Assembly (NCBI GenBank): GCA_977030845.1
Contig: OZ365110.1
Coordinates: 27,342,001 to 27,406,000 of the forward strand
DNA: 64,000 nucleotides
Direction: 5' to 3'
Source: Fimbriosthenelais zetlandica
Taxonomy: Eukaryota
The position numbers and the translations under genes were made by a program. Below, in pieces: positions 50,647 to 64,000 of the stretch. The notes beneath the pieces are model-generated. The model was given only the letters and a program-made list of their open reading frames with translations. It ran no database searches and was not told the origin of the DNA. Within the stretch, counting starts at the first letter, position 1. Each line of letters starts with the position of its first letter.

Positions 50647-53600
50647 GACCTTCCATTATAAGTTTTTATTACTATGTAATATTATTGCATCGATCAACAC
50701 TGTCTCCAGTGAACCAGTGGAGGATGTCATTGAAAGACACCAGCGTTTTCATTTCCATTTGATGAATATTAGATTTTGACAAGAAGATTATTTTGCATCC
50801 AGCTCTCCAGATGTCTCCCTGGTTTACACTTACCATAGACCTATAGGACCGTTCTATGCACTGAGTTGGTTGTTATAACAGCCGATGTCGCCACTTTCGC
50901 AGTCTCGCTACTGAGAAACCAGACATGTCCCACAGTTTTGCAGGACGGAATTGGATTGATACTGAAATCGGCGTTGTAGCTCACTTCGCTAGATGTACCA
51001 AACTTTTGAGAGAATCTGCAAAACTATGCCTTGCCAGTGACAATTGTGTACCGGTATGGATCTATGCATTTAAACGCATGTATTGATAATCCAATAAGTT
51101 GTGCCCACCCCACTTGGGCCTATGGTAGGTTTTCTATTGAATAAGCTACCATTTGAAGTAATCCTGGTGCATGGTCAATATAATGTTCAGAAAGTTTGGT
51201 TTTGAAAATAGAAGTAAACTTGGAACAATGACCAGTACTTCTCTGACCAGATTCTATTTACATTATCTTAGCTCGCAGCGCTAGCAGGTGCGCATCGTCC
51301 CGTGACGTTTTGCACAGCACACGACGTGCACAAAAGCTGCAACGTCATCGCCTGCAGCCACATCGATGGATCGTTCTAGGAAGGCCTCTATTGGGGAAAT
51401 TGGTGTTTTGTACCGAAAGTAATAACATGTTGACTCAAAAGAGCTGTCCAAAAGCCTGCCTCATTGTTTTCCTCACATCCCCATGTTGGTCTTCAGGCGA
51501 GTTGTAAGGGCTTGTGTAGTTGGCTTGAAAAATTAACACTCCGCGCCATGTTTGTCCAGTTACAGGCGTCAATGGGCGAGTTTGTTTTGGCCAGGCTGGT
51601 CGTGTCAGTTTTCCTCTTCCTTGATAGGTTTGTTGTCCTGGAAACAGTGGAAGGACACCCGAGACTAGCTCCCCTGGTGGCCATAAGGGCACGTGCAGGA
51701 TGGTTTTTAATGCACTTAACACCAGGGGGAGATGTGGAGGATCTGGTTGTCTCATTCTTGGCTGATGGTGTGTTTTCTGTGTACACTTGGGGTTATCCGA
51801 GTACAATACTCACTTTTATAACCTTTTCCCACTGTGAGATGGTGATGCCACAGGTTGTAGCAGGTCCTTTATTTCTTATTGCCTTTCAGGAAACATTATC
51901 ACTGCCAGGCTTATATATTATTAAATAAGTATGCTACCACAACGAGAGAAAAAACGTAATTAATTTTCAGAATTCCGGAACTGTCTCGGACGTTCGCTAT
52001 GCTAGATATTGTTCATGGTGCATATATATTCATGGCAGTTTTTCAATTAAAAGGGGTGACTGATTAACTAGATAAAAAAAATTGTCAATGCAGTTCTTAA
52101 TAATTGTTAAGACCTTGCGCAGTTGAAATAGAACCTAATGTGCAACCGTGCAAACACAGATATATTGACCTTCAATATATTCAACATGTGCAGCTTTCAA
52201 GGGAATCCTCACAGTAAATTCAATGCTTTTTGGCACGAGAGAAGTCCATAAGAAATTGGATATCAAATATCCCTTGGTGTTTTGTTTCTCTTCTTCTCAT
52301 AACTGGGACCTGCAATGAAACTTGAGTCTTAATACTTTTAGACCACCTTTTTATTGAATGAAGGAAACACATTTTAAGGAGTGGTCAATAAATGTCAGAG
52401 AGAGATTGTGAAAGTGCCTTAAAAGTAAAGAAACTATGGGGAACTTCAAAGGCACTGAAACAAAGTCAATAATGTAATCTTCGCTGACCTCCACCTCCAG
52501 TTTCGGAGATTAATATGGTTCCCTCGAGTAGAAATATTTGAAACGTGATGTAAGCTTTGTTAGAACCTGTCTTCTACCGGCCAAGCCTACCACCGTGAAC
52601 AATCATCCCTCCATTTCCTACTCCTACCATGGGACTCGACCCCCTGTCGTCTATACAGACAATCCAATTCCAGTTGCTGTCTCCAAGGCCCTAACCTTAA
52701 TTTCGTTTCAAGACATCAAACCGCGATTGTTTCACGTTGAGTCGAGCAAATGTGCTGAGAGGGAATGATAGGTTTTTCTCAGGTTGAGGATGGAGGGCGA
52801 GATTATCAGTACAGACGTAAGACAGCGAGAAGATAGCTAGTTCTAGTCGGAAGTGATGATCTGTCACTCCGATGAGCGATAATCCGGGGTAGAGCGGAAG
52901 TAGTAGGCTGGAATCTTGGCATCTGGCAGGAGGCTGAGACGTCTATCAAGGTGTCAGATGCACTTTTACATTACCTTCCAAGTTCAATATGTTATATTCA
53001 CCCTCTCTCCTGCGCAGCTGGCGTACATTCTGTCTGGAATATTCTGTTCCTATCTTCAATATATATTCGATTTCTATCAATGATAAAATTTATTGTGCAA
53101 GGAGCCTGTTTTTGAACACAGGTGGCCCAAAAGGAGTGATATCCCATGCCCTTAGCCTAAGTTATCTGTACATGACAGGATTTTTTTTAACCATAAGCAG
53201 TACATGAAAAGGTCCCTTTGTCCCTGGCCTGACCCAACGATGATGACTTTAGAAAACTTGCAGCTGCCTAAGTCATACCCTGCCTTAAACAGTTGTTTAT
53301 ACAGTCATCTTGAAGTTATATCTGTTTGGCACGGCCCTTTAACTCTAAAATGCAGCAGGACGAATAATTGACTTGATCGGAATTTCATCACAGATTCCCG
53401 TCTAATTCTTCCCCAATTACGGTCTCATTTTATGGCATCCTTTGCTCAGCGCCACATGCAAGGACTGAATTCACGATCCCATAAATATTCACACAGAATT
53501 AGCACAAACACACTCCAGATCTCAGCACGTCAGGCCAAGGAAATGAAGGGCATAACGACCACCCATTTTCCCCTCATCTAATGTCCATTGCCAGGTATCT

Positions 53601-55900
53601 TGACCCCATGACCGTAGCCACTGAGCCCCTCTCAAGTGTCCAGTTGCTCCTGTGAGAATGGGACAGTTTTGATTGTTTGCCTCCAAGTCAGTTCTGCCGC
53701 TCCCTGTTGGTTAATTCTGGGCACAATAATAGCCAGGCTTCTGTAATTGCGTTGGTTAATTTAAAGCTGCACTGACAGAAGTAACGGGGCTGACTTGGCG
53801 CAATTGGCTGGCTTCCTTGAGGTAAATGGTAATGGTGCTTAAAGCTAGGTGTGATTGAGGTGGAGTGATGTATTGGAGCGTGAGTCATAGAAACCCATTG
53901 TAAGCCAAACGCACGTGCATGTGTCGGCTACCTTGAGAATTGAACATTTAACTTCTCACCTGATCCCTGAACGCCTCTCCAAGAATTTCGAAAAGAAATT
54001 GTATATATGCATGTATAGATGCGATTTTTTAAAAGTAATTTTAAGTAATTTTGATATCAGATTCGGATTTTATATATATTTATAGGGACCTATACAAAGA
54101 TTTTCACATGTTGCTAAATCACCAACGTCTTATCAGAAGTTGCTTTCATGAATATGGAATTACATCGTTGAGGGCATTTATACTACTCCTGAGACTATTT
54201 CATATAAATTGTCCCTCCCAGTCCGCTGCAATGAAAATACCCCTGCCGTTGGAGACACTTCCCTGATATCGTTAATCTCATATAAAGCTTCTTTAATGCT
54301 TACCACTCTTTAGCTTTGCTGGGAGTTGTTTTCCTATCGGTAGGCCTACTATACATGTATATGACCAGCTTCACTATATCAAATAGGAAGTATCGATATC
54401 AGTTCATCTCCTGCCATTTTGCTACACCAATCCCGCAGCCATCCAGCTGCTCTGATTCAATTTGACGTCTATTCCGTCCAATCAGCGGTGAGAATTCTAT
54501 ACACCGCGGTGCATTATTTCATTTTGACTTTGATCAGTAATCCGGTTTATTCCCTACCTAGATCATGTGACTGGACTTCCCCTCAGGCTATTGTCACCTA
54601 ATGTATATCAGACTTTGCGAATACTGCCCCGCAGAAGGTCCAATTATATCATGCATCTGCCTCAGGAAGCATACCAACTGGCGCCCAAGATTACACCATT
54701 GTTCATTCCTCAATATAATACTCGGCAATATTATCCCATCTCCGTCTCACAATCTATAGATATGAGAAAATGCCAAGGATCTTTACTGGTGTAAAGTGTC
54801 CAGAGAAATATTGCATTTTGGATTTTAAGGCCTCTTTCGAAGAACCACACACGAAAATTTAACTTTTTATAAAGAATCACATTATTTTTGGCGAGGCGGC
54901 ACCATCAGAACAAAACTCTTAATGGATTTTTACAATGGGAGATTATAGGAGGACTAGTGGGATGTGGGGTGGAGAGATTGAACCCCCGTGGAGCGGTCAA
55001 GGCTGGACATGAGCTTACATTGTGGTCCTACGTGATCCTATATCCCCCGCAGCTCTTTTGATGTCCTCCCTGACCTTGACGCCAATCAGCCTACCCATCT
55101 ACACATTAGCTTTGTGACAATAGACAAAAGTTCGATGCCCCACCAACACTCCAACATCTGTCAGGCAGTCCTAACCATTGTAGCTTTCAGATCAAGTGCA
55201 CGGATCTTGAGGGCGTATATTTAAAAAAAAAAATAATACTGATATTAGAATAATCTGTGAAATATCATAGGCCTAATAGCGCTTCGTCATTTTGAAAAAT
55301 AGGACCCGCATCTACCAGAAATCATATTTTTGTGGCCTTTATTATGTTGGATCCGATTTCCTTGGGTGTTCTCAACATTAGCCTATAGGCCTAGCTGGCG
55401 CCTCGACCGAATTGTTAAACGTATTGGCAAAATATTAGGCCTATGTAGGTATTTTTTCAATTGGATTCATTTTCGATTGAATTTGTGCTGTCAGTTAAAT
55501 GCTTGTAGCAAATGATGGGGGTGTTAACTAGGCTAATTATGAATGCAAATATCATCCTTCATATTTCCGCCGCCATGCTTTTGCCTCGGCCCATGCTAAT
55601 GAAAGTTGATATAATTGTTAATGGCTAAACGTTCTTTCTCATTTCCCAGGGCTGTGATTCTACACCGTGCCATAATGAATTTATTTTGCTAACTCACCAC
55701 CCCCTCACCACTCATTGTTAGTGGCGTGAGACCTCGGTTGTTGATGTGGGAGACAATTGACCTTGCAATTGACCTTCAACCATTGTGAGGTCTGGGGTGT
55801 GTTTAATAGTTTGTGACCACGCCTACAGCTATCAATAGTCCCTCCACCGCCCGGACAGGGCATCGGTCTTCTATCAATCATTCCCTATAGCCAACCCCGG

Positions 55901-55962
55901 TATTATCGCTCAAACCAAATTCCCTATTATCGCTCAGAGCAAACTTCTCTATTATCGCTCAA
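55901..55962. repeat. 3 x about 24-25-bp degenerate tandem repeat
   Basis: TATTATCGCTCA at 55901, 55925 and 55950. Confidence 0.8.
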
Positions 55963-58900
55963 AGCAGTAAAACCTCCTTATCAGCCATTATTGTCCAATC
56001 AAATGAACCTTTGTTTTTCGTGTCATAAGCGACTGTGGGTTTCATGTGGTCACGTTCATATCTGATTAACGTGGACAGATAGAAAAAAAGGACTTGGGAC
56101 AAAGCCTTTCACGTTCTGGCAGGAGAGGGCGTGTAGAAGGCCCATTCCTTTTCCTGTCAGTATCTAACGCCCAAGGACCCACCGCTTGTCTTTGTGCTGT
56201 CTTGTCTTCTTTTCAATGCCATTGCAAGTTTGACCTTGTCCCATTGTTGGTGACACGCGGTGAAAACCTGGCGGTAGATAATGAATTCAGTGAAGCGTGA
56301 AATCGACAGGAGGGTTGTTGAGCCAATAGGACCCGCCCCCTCAGTCTGGTTTTACCGTTTAGTTCAGCATCTTTTTCCTGTCTCTTGTCCACTCTTGACT
56401 TTCAGCTTTCGATGAATGCACTGATGCAGGCTAGAGCTATAACCTTTATCAACTGCGACTTCTCTTAATCTGTACGCCCTAGGCTACATCCAAATGTAGG
56501 TTATGACAATTTTAGGGACATTGATTATTATAAAAATTAGGCCTAGGCCCCTACTTCCAAGAAAATAAAGAAAAATTAGGAAGATTTGTCTTCGGGCATT
56601 CAATACGTATCATCCGGGTTTTGTTCCTTTAATACCTTCAATCATTGGCATATATCTGAAAGTTATTACCTCCATACATATCGATCTATAGACTCAACTG
56701 ATGCTGTCTTTTACAGGTCTTCGTGGCCTATTTTGGCTTCTCTATGGAGAAGTTATAAATGGACCATTGTCGTAAATCCTAATGAGAGGGTATCAGTCCA
56801 ACTAGATGGGAACAATCCTGCAATACCTGAGGTATTATCAGAGTTGCATCTTATAAGTTATCGTCGCTCTAAGTAAAGCCCAGAAATCTCTGCCCTGGTC
56901 CGACCTATCCCTCCCACGACCAGCAACAGTCCCAGGAATGACATCAATTACATCTTCCTGGTTAGGCTGGGCCAGCTTTGAAGAAGCTGTCATATCAATC
57001 AACATCCAACACAAACTGATGAGAGGTGTATACTGGGAGGGCAGCTTTGATTTATTAAGCTGTGGGCTTTGCCAGGTAGAGGGCTCTTTGATTTATGCTC
57101 ATATTGGGGCCCCAAGAAAATGGAACATTAATTCGAGACCATTTGTCATGTTGCAACGTCACTAACGAGGTTCACCAAGGTCGCCTTTCTGACGTAATGT
57201 CGCTACTTGATCATGTTGTTTTTGGGTGTCGCATAGATTCCATTATTTTGCGATCTCTGATTTCCTATCGTATTCCAACTTTCTTTCATTCTGCCATATT
57301 CACTTCTTTCTGGCCCTATGTACCTAATCTAAGCCCTACTCATCTCCTTCATAATAATTACTGTACTGATCATTTTTATTTTCCTTTCTTTCTGTTTCTC
57401 CTTTCTTAATAATCGTTTTTTCCGATCATTCTCATCATGGGCAATCCCTCACTATGATACCGCCATTGAGTATTCAGTATGATTCTAAAACTACATTCAT
57501 TGTCGTCAGTGACAAATTTATAGTCTAAATTATCTATACATTCTGAAGAAATTTTTCCTGTCCTGCATCTTCCATACACTTAGTAGCATATAAAAGAAGA
57601 GAATTCAGCTGGTGTCTGCAGCACATCTCATATTAATGATTAGGTGCACCATTATTGTTCCTCTTTTTCTACTACTTTAATCAGCCTTCCTTTGTTGGCA
57701 ATTATGAGGATAACAACAATCAATGAAGGCATGCGATCCATTCACACGCCCTAAACATGATACCAGCCTTAAAAACTACCGTATTCTCTCCAGTACTGGG
57801 ATCTGATTCTCTGGACATACAGAGTGTCAGGGCTTTTGTATCAGGTTCTAGCCGAATTTTAATTACTGCCGCACTAAACTATCATTGTGCAGCTTATGAA
57901 ATAAACACAGCGAACTTATATTCAGCAAATCTACCATCTCCTTCCTCCCCCTGCCTCTAGGTATTCTCAGGACTGCTTGACAATCACAGAAGAATGATTA
58001 ATTCTGTATTCTCCGGTAGTCTTTTCCACTATAGCCTACCCCTGTCGTTGTATCGGATATCATAACTAAATGCCTCGTGTCTTTCTTTTTCTGGCTCCCC
58101 ATTAGAGTTTAATGATATTAGGCAAGAGAGATATGGAAAGCCCATGGGCATTGTTGGACGGGTATGTTGTTTGTCGGATGTGTTAATTCTCTGGCATTGT
58201 CGTAACATTGAATTGTTCCCTTTCATAGACTTGGACTAGCACTAACTTTAGTTGATTTTCTTTATACCTATCTATTGTTGACATCTTTAATTTCCCCATG
58301 CTGTCTGCACTTTTCAATTCTAGTTAGAAATGATGTTAAATTTATTGATTAAATGGTAATTCCCAAAGAGACATTGTTATTGCAAACACGAATCAATGAG
58401 AACATTTTTCGTCCGGTAGACAATGCAGTTATAGACGGTTCTTTGGTGCTATGAATTTTCAATCGCCTTAATTCAAATGCATGCACAACAGTATAAGGCC
58501 TGACTTGCATGGTTTTAATTATTACTGAACTTTAATGTTTTCTTTACTGTGATAGATTTTTCATGTATGCCAGGCGCAACAAATCTAAATCATTGGATCC
58601 ATGGCAACACAACAGCTTCCTGTGTGACCTATTCCTGGTGAAGCTCACTTCTGGCACAGATTACAAAGCGAAAGATCTAAGAACATCCTGACGACATAAA
58701 AACAAGTGCTTAGCTGAGTCATCATAATAATGTGGGTCTGGTGGGAGACATTGCTTTGTTTATCAACTTCTGGCATTAAGATATCAGAAGTGTGGCATGC
58801 CAGGCTTAGGCCCTGTCCTACATTACAGGCCTGACACTCCAGCTACTCCGACTCTTTGATGAGTCAAAGACAATCATTCTGTGCTGTATGTACAGGAAAG

Positions 58901-60967
58901 GTCAAACTAAACTCGCTTTTCTATATATTATGATGTATTGTTTGATTATGAAATAATTGTCTTGTATCGAGTCACGTTACAATTTTTTGACTCTTCCCAC
59001 TAAGGACGATGCCCTCCATAATTTTTCAAGTCAGAAACAAAACTTTCATGTTGTCCTCAATCAGAAAATGTCCCAATAACTATTCTAATTTGAATTGTTT
59101 TCGGAAATTATCAGGAAACGCATATAGGTCCACTGCATCGCAGGCAGCACATGCTACCTGAGATCGTAACCCACTTTGTTCACCACTGATGCATTATTAA
59201 TCCGAAACACTACTTCATGATTTCCAAGCCTCATAAAAACTGGAAATAATCCCTGATTTCAATGTCTAAATTGAGGACTTCACACGAGAGAGGAGAGCAA
59301 TGAATCATGCAACCTGTCAATTAGGCTATTGTATGACTTGTGTCTTCAGGATTAAATGAATGTAAAAAAGAAACAAAAATGATCATGGACTGTGGCTATG
59401 GAATTAACTAGGACATCAACATGACATGCTGAGTGCCGGCTTGTGTAAACCTCCGATCTAAAAAGACACAAAGAGACGGAGAGAACAAAGAGCTTGGATA
59501 AATGTGGTTTGATTCTCATTCTGAGGTGATTCAAGATGAAGAAATAAAACAGATGCCGTTGGCGTCTGTCATTTGGGAAATTTAATGATTTTGGTAAGAA
59601 GTATTCCTTGCCTCCACGTTCTAATACGAGTTAGGATTATCCGTTGACGTCAGATCTGATTTTGGACCACAGGAGGTTCAGCTCTCTACCAGGTATCTTC
59701 CACGATGGAAGTAAACCCTCTTGCTATTATATATAGAGCCAATGATATCAGGTATACCAATGGCAGAATAATCAAAGAAGAGACTATAGAGAGGGGAGAA
59801 TGTGAACACCTGAGTGAGTGATATGCAGGTGTCACTAGTATCAAACAATACACAATGCACTAGAACCTTGGAATACTTGAGATGAAACAAGTTGATTGAC
59901 AATGATGGGCACCTCTAAAGGCGCCCAGAAGAGTGTCTACTGTTCAATACCTCTTGTACCTGGTACACGTGAGTCACTGATATTGGGTGCATCTCCAGAA
60001 CGAAGGAACAATGAACTGCAGGTATAAAGGGATTGAGGCGAAAGCATTAATTTACTGCAATCTCTTTACTTGTAAGATGTAAGATATGCGAATAATCTTC
60101 GTTCTTCATCTTAGCCGAACAAAATAAACCTGCTGAGCAAGCAGGTTTGCCTCTGATCATATAGATTCTAGACTGCAAATTCCTAGATCAGCATAGGTCT
60201 ACTCAGTTGATCCTTTTTTCATCTGTTGTCAAACTTTTAGACTGTTAAGTCACTTTTGAATGGGTAGGTTATTGACCAGTTCATCCACTCGTGATACTCT
60301 GCCTAAAGATCGCGAGAGGTCTATATCTTTTGTAACTGGCCAAAATCACCGAGTCAATATTCCCTGATCAATGTAAAACTTTCAAGCTTCCTGCAATTAA
60401 CGTTGCATTTTGCCAAGACGAACAGTTTTCATTGTATGCGTGTCCTTAATATCATTATAATCGTCAGAAGTTTACAATGAACTATAATTTACAAAAGAAA
60501 CAATATATCTCTGCTTGATGCAGAGGTGGATGTTGCTGCCCTTGATTTCCTATATTTGCCTATTGTGTGCTGTAGCCACCTGTGTACTTGTTCTATAATG
60601 GCAATCCTGCCTCCCTTTCACTATCACCACTACACGCACCAGCAATGCAGACGCTCTAGATTTCTTCACCTTTTTCCCTGGCCGGAAATGGCAGGTGCAT
60701 GACGTGAGATAATGAAGCATTAGGTGAAATGATGGCCACTTTAGTGTTCCATGGAGCCACCAGGGAACACGAGGCTTGGTTTTCAACTCACAATCATGAT
60801 GGGCATAGAATTATCAGTACGAAACGGAGGGAACAGCAGCAAACCATATTGAACTACTGAATCCTCATTTTCTATTTCAGTCCATTTCAAATTCTTCAGA
60901 GTGAAATTGTAATTAGGTGCAGATGCACTGGAACTTCACATTTTGAACAGACCAATTCTCCATGAAG

Positions 60968-61083
60968 GGTGGAAGCCTTGGTTTGAACCACCTTCCGTTC
61001 GATCAATGGTTACTCTAAATGGGCTGATACTCTAAATGGGCTGATACTCTAACCGACTGAGCTAACCGACTGAGCTAACTCCC
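60968..61083 (-). mobile_element. tRNA-derived SINE head with internal duplications
   Basis: Minus strand reads GGGAGTTAGCTCAGTCGGTTAGCTCAGTCGGTTAGAG (tRNA D-arm/A-box, duplicated) and later GGTTCAAACC (B-box, 60989-60980). It cannot fold into a full cloverleaf. Confidence 0.6.
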
Positions 61084-64000
61084 TGTCCTTATATCAAAGT
61101 ATGGACCCCTCCTCGACGATTGTGAGTTCCAGTCCACCTCCCCCTCTCCCACTTGGGACACGTTGAAAGCCAAACATAATCATAAAGACTGAGCGATTTC
61201 CACTTTGTTAAGGATGTCCCATCAACGTTATAAATTGTAAAACCATAATGTCACTTTAGTCACTTGGTGGCCTGTTTCCTGCCTACAGGAGTAATCTCTA
61301 TGCCGTAAACTCAAACCAATGGCCCCCCTGGGAATGAAACTTACGGATAGCTATGTCGTGTACATTTCCCTGCTGTCCACAAACTGTTAAGCCAGGAATA
61401 TTTCAGCATTAGAACGGTTAGTTTGCAAAAGAGGCCTTCATCCCATTCATTTTACACTGCAAATAGGCCCTGTCAAATTCACAGGGTAGTCCCTATTAAG
61501 TTTTTACTGAACTGAATCTATGAGTCCATATAATTATGCGGTCCTGTATGGGTTACTCACGAACCCCCACCCCCACCACTGTAGTTTATATTTGCAGTAA
61601 TGTGTAATGAGTTTTGTGTAATGTCCAGTATTAAACATTATTTAACAGTAATCTATTCATACATTATAGAATGCTTTTATCAATTCTACCTCATTATTAT
61701 TTCTGGACAAATGTCTGTATGGGACCTATGGTATATTAAAGAAAGCAAACTATATTAATGTTCTGTTATCCTAGTTATTTTCCCTTTCTATCCGTTTTAT
61801 AAAGAGTGTATATAATATTTATTCACCACTGCCTAAACTCCTCACGTTTCTGCCAACAATCCCAATTTGTTAAGCTCGACTCTGTGGTCCAGTGGCTACC
61901 CCCTGCCTTTTCCCGACATACAGGGACATTCATTGACAAATTCCAATCACCGTCTGCTTCCTATTCAGCTTTATTCAGAGTGGGGACTGATCTGTGGATG
62001 GTCCTGCTAACCTTGGGGTCGGTATCTATAGGTGTTGAATGTATTGGTCACTTAGCCAATTTTGGAATGACCAGTGCTGGGCAGAGAGAGATAAGACTGA
62101 CCATGCTGCTCGTTTTTCCGCTGGTCTGACACCTGATCATTGACCTCTGGGATCAGGATTAATGTAGTACTAACTCAAAGACATTAAGATTCCTATGGTC
62201 TCCGACAGGAGGCTGTTTGTGGTTTAGGGACTTGGAGAAAGTCACTGCCTAAACGCTGTGCTAGAATTTCAAAAAGGTTCTTAGTTTGTCAATGTAGTTA
62301 AAGGTTTCAAATGGGCACATGAACTGAGCTTCTAACCTATATAACTCAAGGGAAACCAAAATCTTGTTCGATTACTTAGATCCTCTGCTAATACATTTTC
62401 AGTCAAAAGATTATATATCAATTCAGATTATTTATGGTCTGAATTCCTCTCTCATCCTCAGCCATATTAGATCATAACTCTCTTGGAGGCAGTTTATTCC
62501 GGTTACTCCAGCTCGAGTAATGGGAAACCTGCTTGATGCTTGTTTTATTACTCGAGGTGAAGGAAGGAAGTTCATGATCTGGAATCTTCTGGAGATGAAT
62601 CATCTCAAAATGAGGAGGCTAGATTTGTATCAAGATTGACACAGCTATCCCATATAACGAGGGATGAAAATGTATGAGGAACTTTACAAATCTTATTCTT
62701 TTGAACAATATTTCTACAGTCTTGACCTTAGGCTGTAGGCTATGAGGTATTCCGCTTTTGAAGTTGTTTTTCCCACCAGATTCATTCCTCTGTTGACTTT
62801 CTAAATGACATGAAATATTACATCAAAGTCACCCGAGAGAATAACATTTGGAATTTTAATTTTAATTTTTTACGTTTTTAAGTTCCCTGGACTTTTTTCC
62901 CCAAACCTTTGCATTGCTGGTCCATTTTTCTTCGCACCTATACATGTTTCAACTATAGCATCCTCATAAACCTGACCATCTGTATCCAAAAAGCGACGCT
63001 AGGAAGATAAAGGTGTTTTCCCTATTTGCACCCACGTCATTTCCTCTATCCTTAAAACAAATGATCTATACTGGCTTAACATGATAGTACCTATGTATAG
63101 GAGGTTGGGGCTTGCTTATGATGCCATAATTGAAGCCACTTATCATGTGCAATGGCTGTATACTCAGGAACGTAGGCGTGTGTTTGCATATGTCTAGGAG
63201 ATTCTGCTTACTCCTTCCCACCATTTTAGTACAAGGATTAAGTAAATCCGTTACAACCCTCAGTGCTTTTCTGGATTTAAAATCGCAAGGCTTCCCTTTG
63301 GTCTCAAGACACTAAAATGAATAAGACAAAGAAGAAAACTTTCCTAACTTTTGGCCCCATCAAAAGTACCTGATCTCCGTGCCATTTACGAAGCCAAATG
63401 TTGTTGATCAATGGTTATTTTCTGTCCAGATTTGACCTTAACTTTAACCTTAATCTGACCTTGGGATGGCATGGGAAGGCCCTGAGCTAACCCTGTCTTT
63501 AGTGAGATTCACCGGCGCTGATAGAGGTTACCACCTTCAGTCAACCATAGAAAATGGAATAAGGTAGGAAGGATACATCTTCCCCCACCTATTGTACTAT
63601 TATTCAGCGATTCCCATGATTGGCACATGCTTGAATTGTAGAAAACTATAGAAAACCGGAGGAAATCTAGTGGGATAGACTCTCCTAAAAGCACATTGTC
63701 ATCAAGTGTGTCAAGACACTAATTACTTGTCCCATGGCAACGAGGTTATCACTGATTCAACCGTTGATGTAGATCTACGGAAGTAGTGGGCGTAGTGTAC
63801 GCCATAGAAGCTAAGAGGAAATACTCACTCTTGATCCTATCTTATATACTACTTTCACTTACTCATAAACCCGAGTGTATTAGTCTAACCATCTTTAAAT
63901 ATCAACATAGACGTTGGGCTCTGACGATGAAAAGTGGGATAGGAATAAAGATGTGTATTAAGAGGAGAAAAGGATCGTATTGCCTATCAATCAACCACAT

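Noticed and set aside
51435-51928. Three overlapping ORFs (154, 123 and 97 aa) on both strands
   Set aside because: No recognisable domain, no credible splice sites or ATG context; likely a GC-richer non-coding or transposon patch.
54960-55060. GGGTTCAATCTC B-box-like word as a tRNA gene
   Set aside because: No A-box or cloverleaf could be built.
55255-56550. Recurrent TAGGCCTA palindromes as a regulatory array or CRISPR-like repeat
   Set aside because: Scattered 8-mers with irregular spacing, also at 28.5, 38.8 and 54.3 kb; a genome-wide compositional motif. No CRISPR or prokaryotic features exist in the window.

Overview
Eukaryotic (animal, probably marine-invertebrate) genomic DNA, AT-rich and mostly intronic or intergenic, with old repeat debris. 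Two protein-coding genes are supported. (1) The 3' half of RAD17 (checkpoint clamp-loader large subunit) on the + strand, reconstructed by hand as 8 GT-AG exons from 38524 to 50563. All splice phases are compatible, giving about 328 C-terminal residues ending in an acidic IDDFDD* tail. I found no exon for the N-terminal AAA+ half anywhere in 1-38523, so RAD17 probably continues upstream across an intron of at least 38.5 kb. (2) An intronless 707-aa type I membrane LRR protein on the - strand (21833-23959): signal peptide, LRRNT, about 22 LRRs, LRRCT, TM and a 35-aa tail with no TIR domain. It appears to be nested antisense in that RAD17 intron. Other features are a MITE, a tRNA-derived SINE head, a minisatellite with higher-order structure, microsatellites and weak LINE remnants. 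Most short ORFs in the supplied track look spurious. All analysis was by eye; no searches were run.
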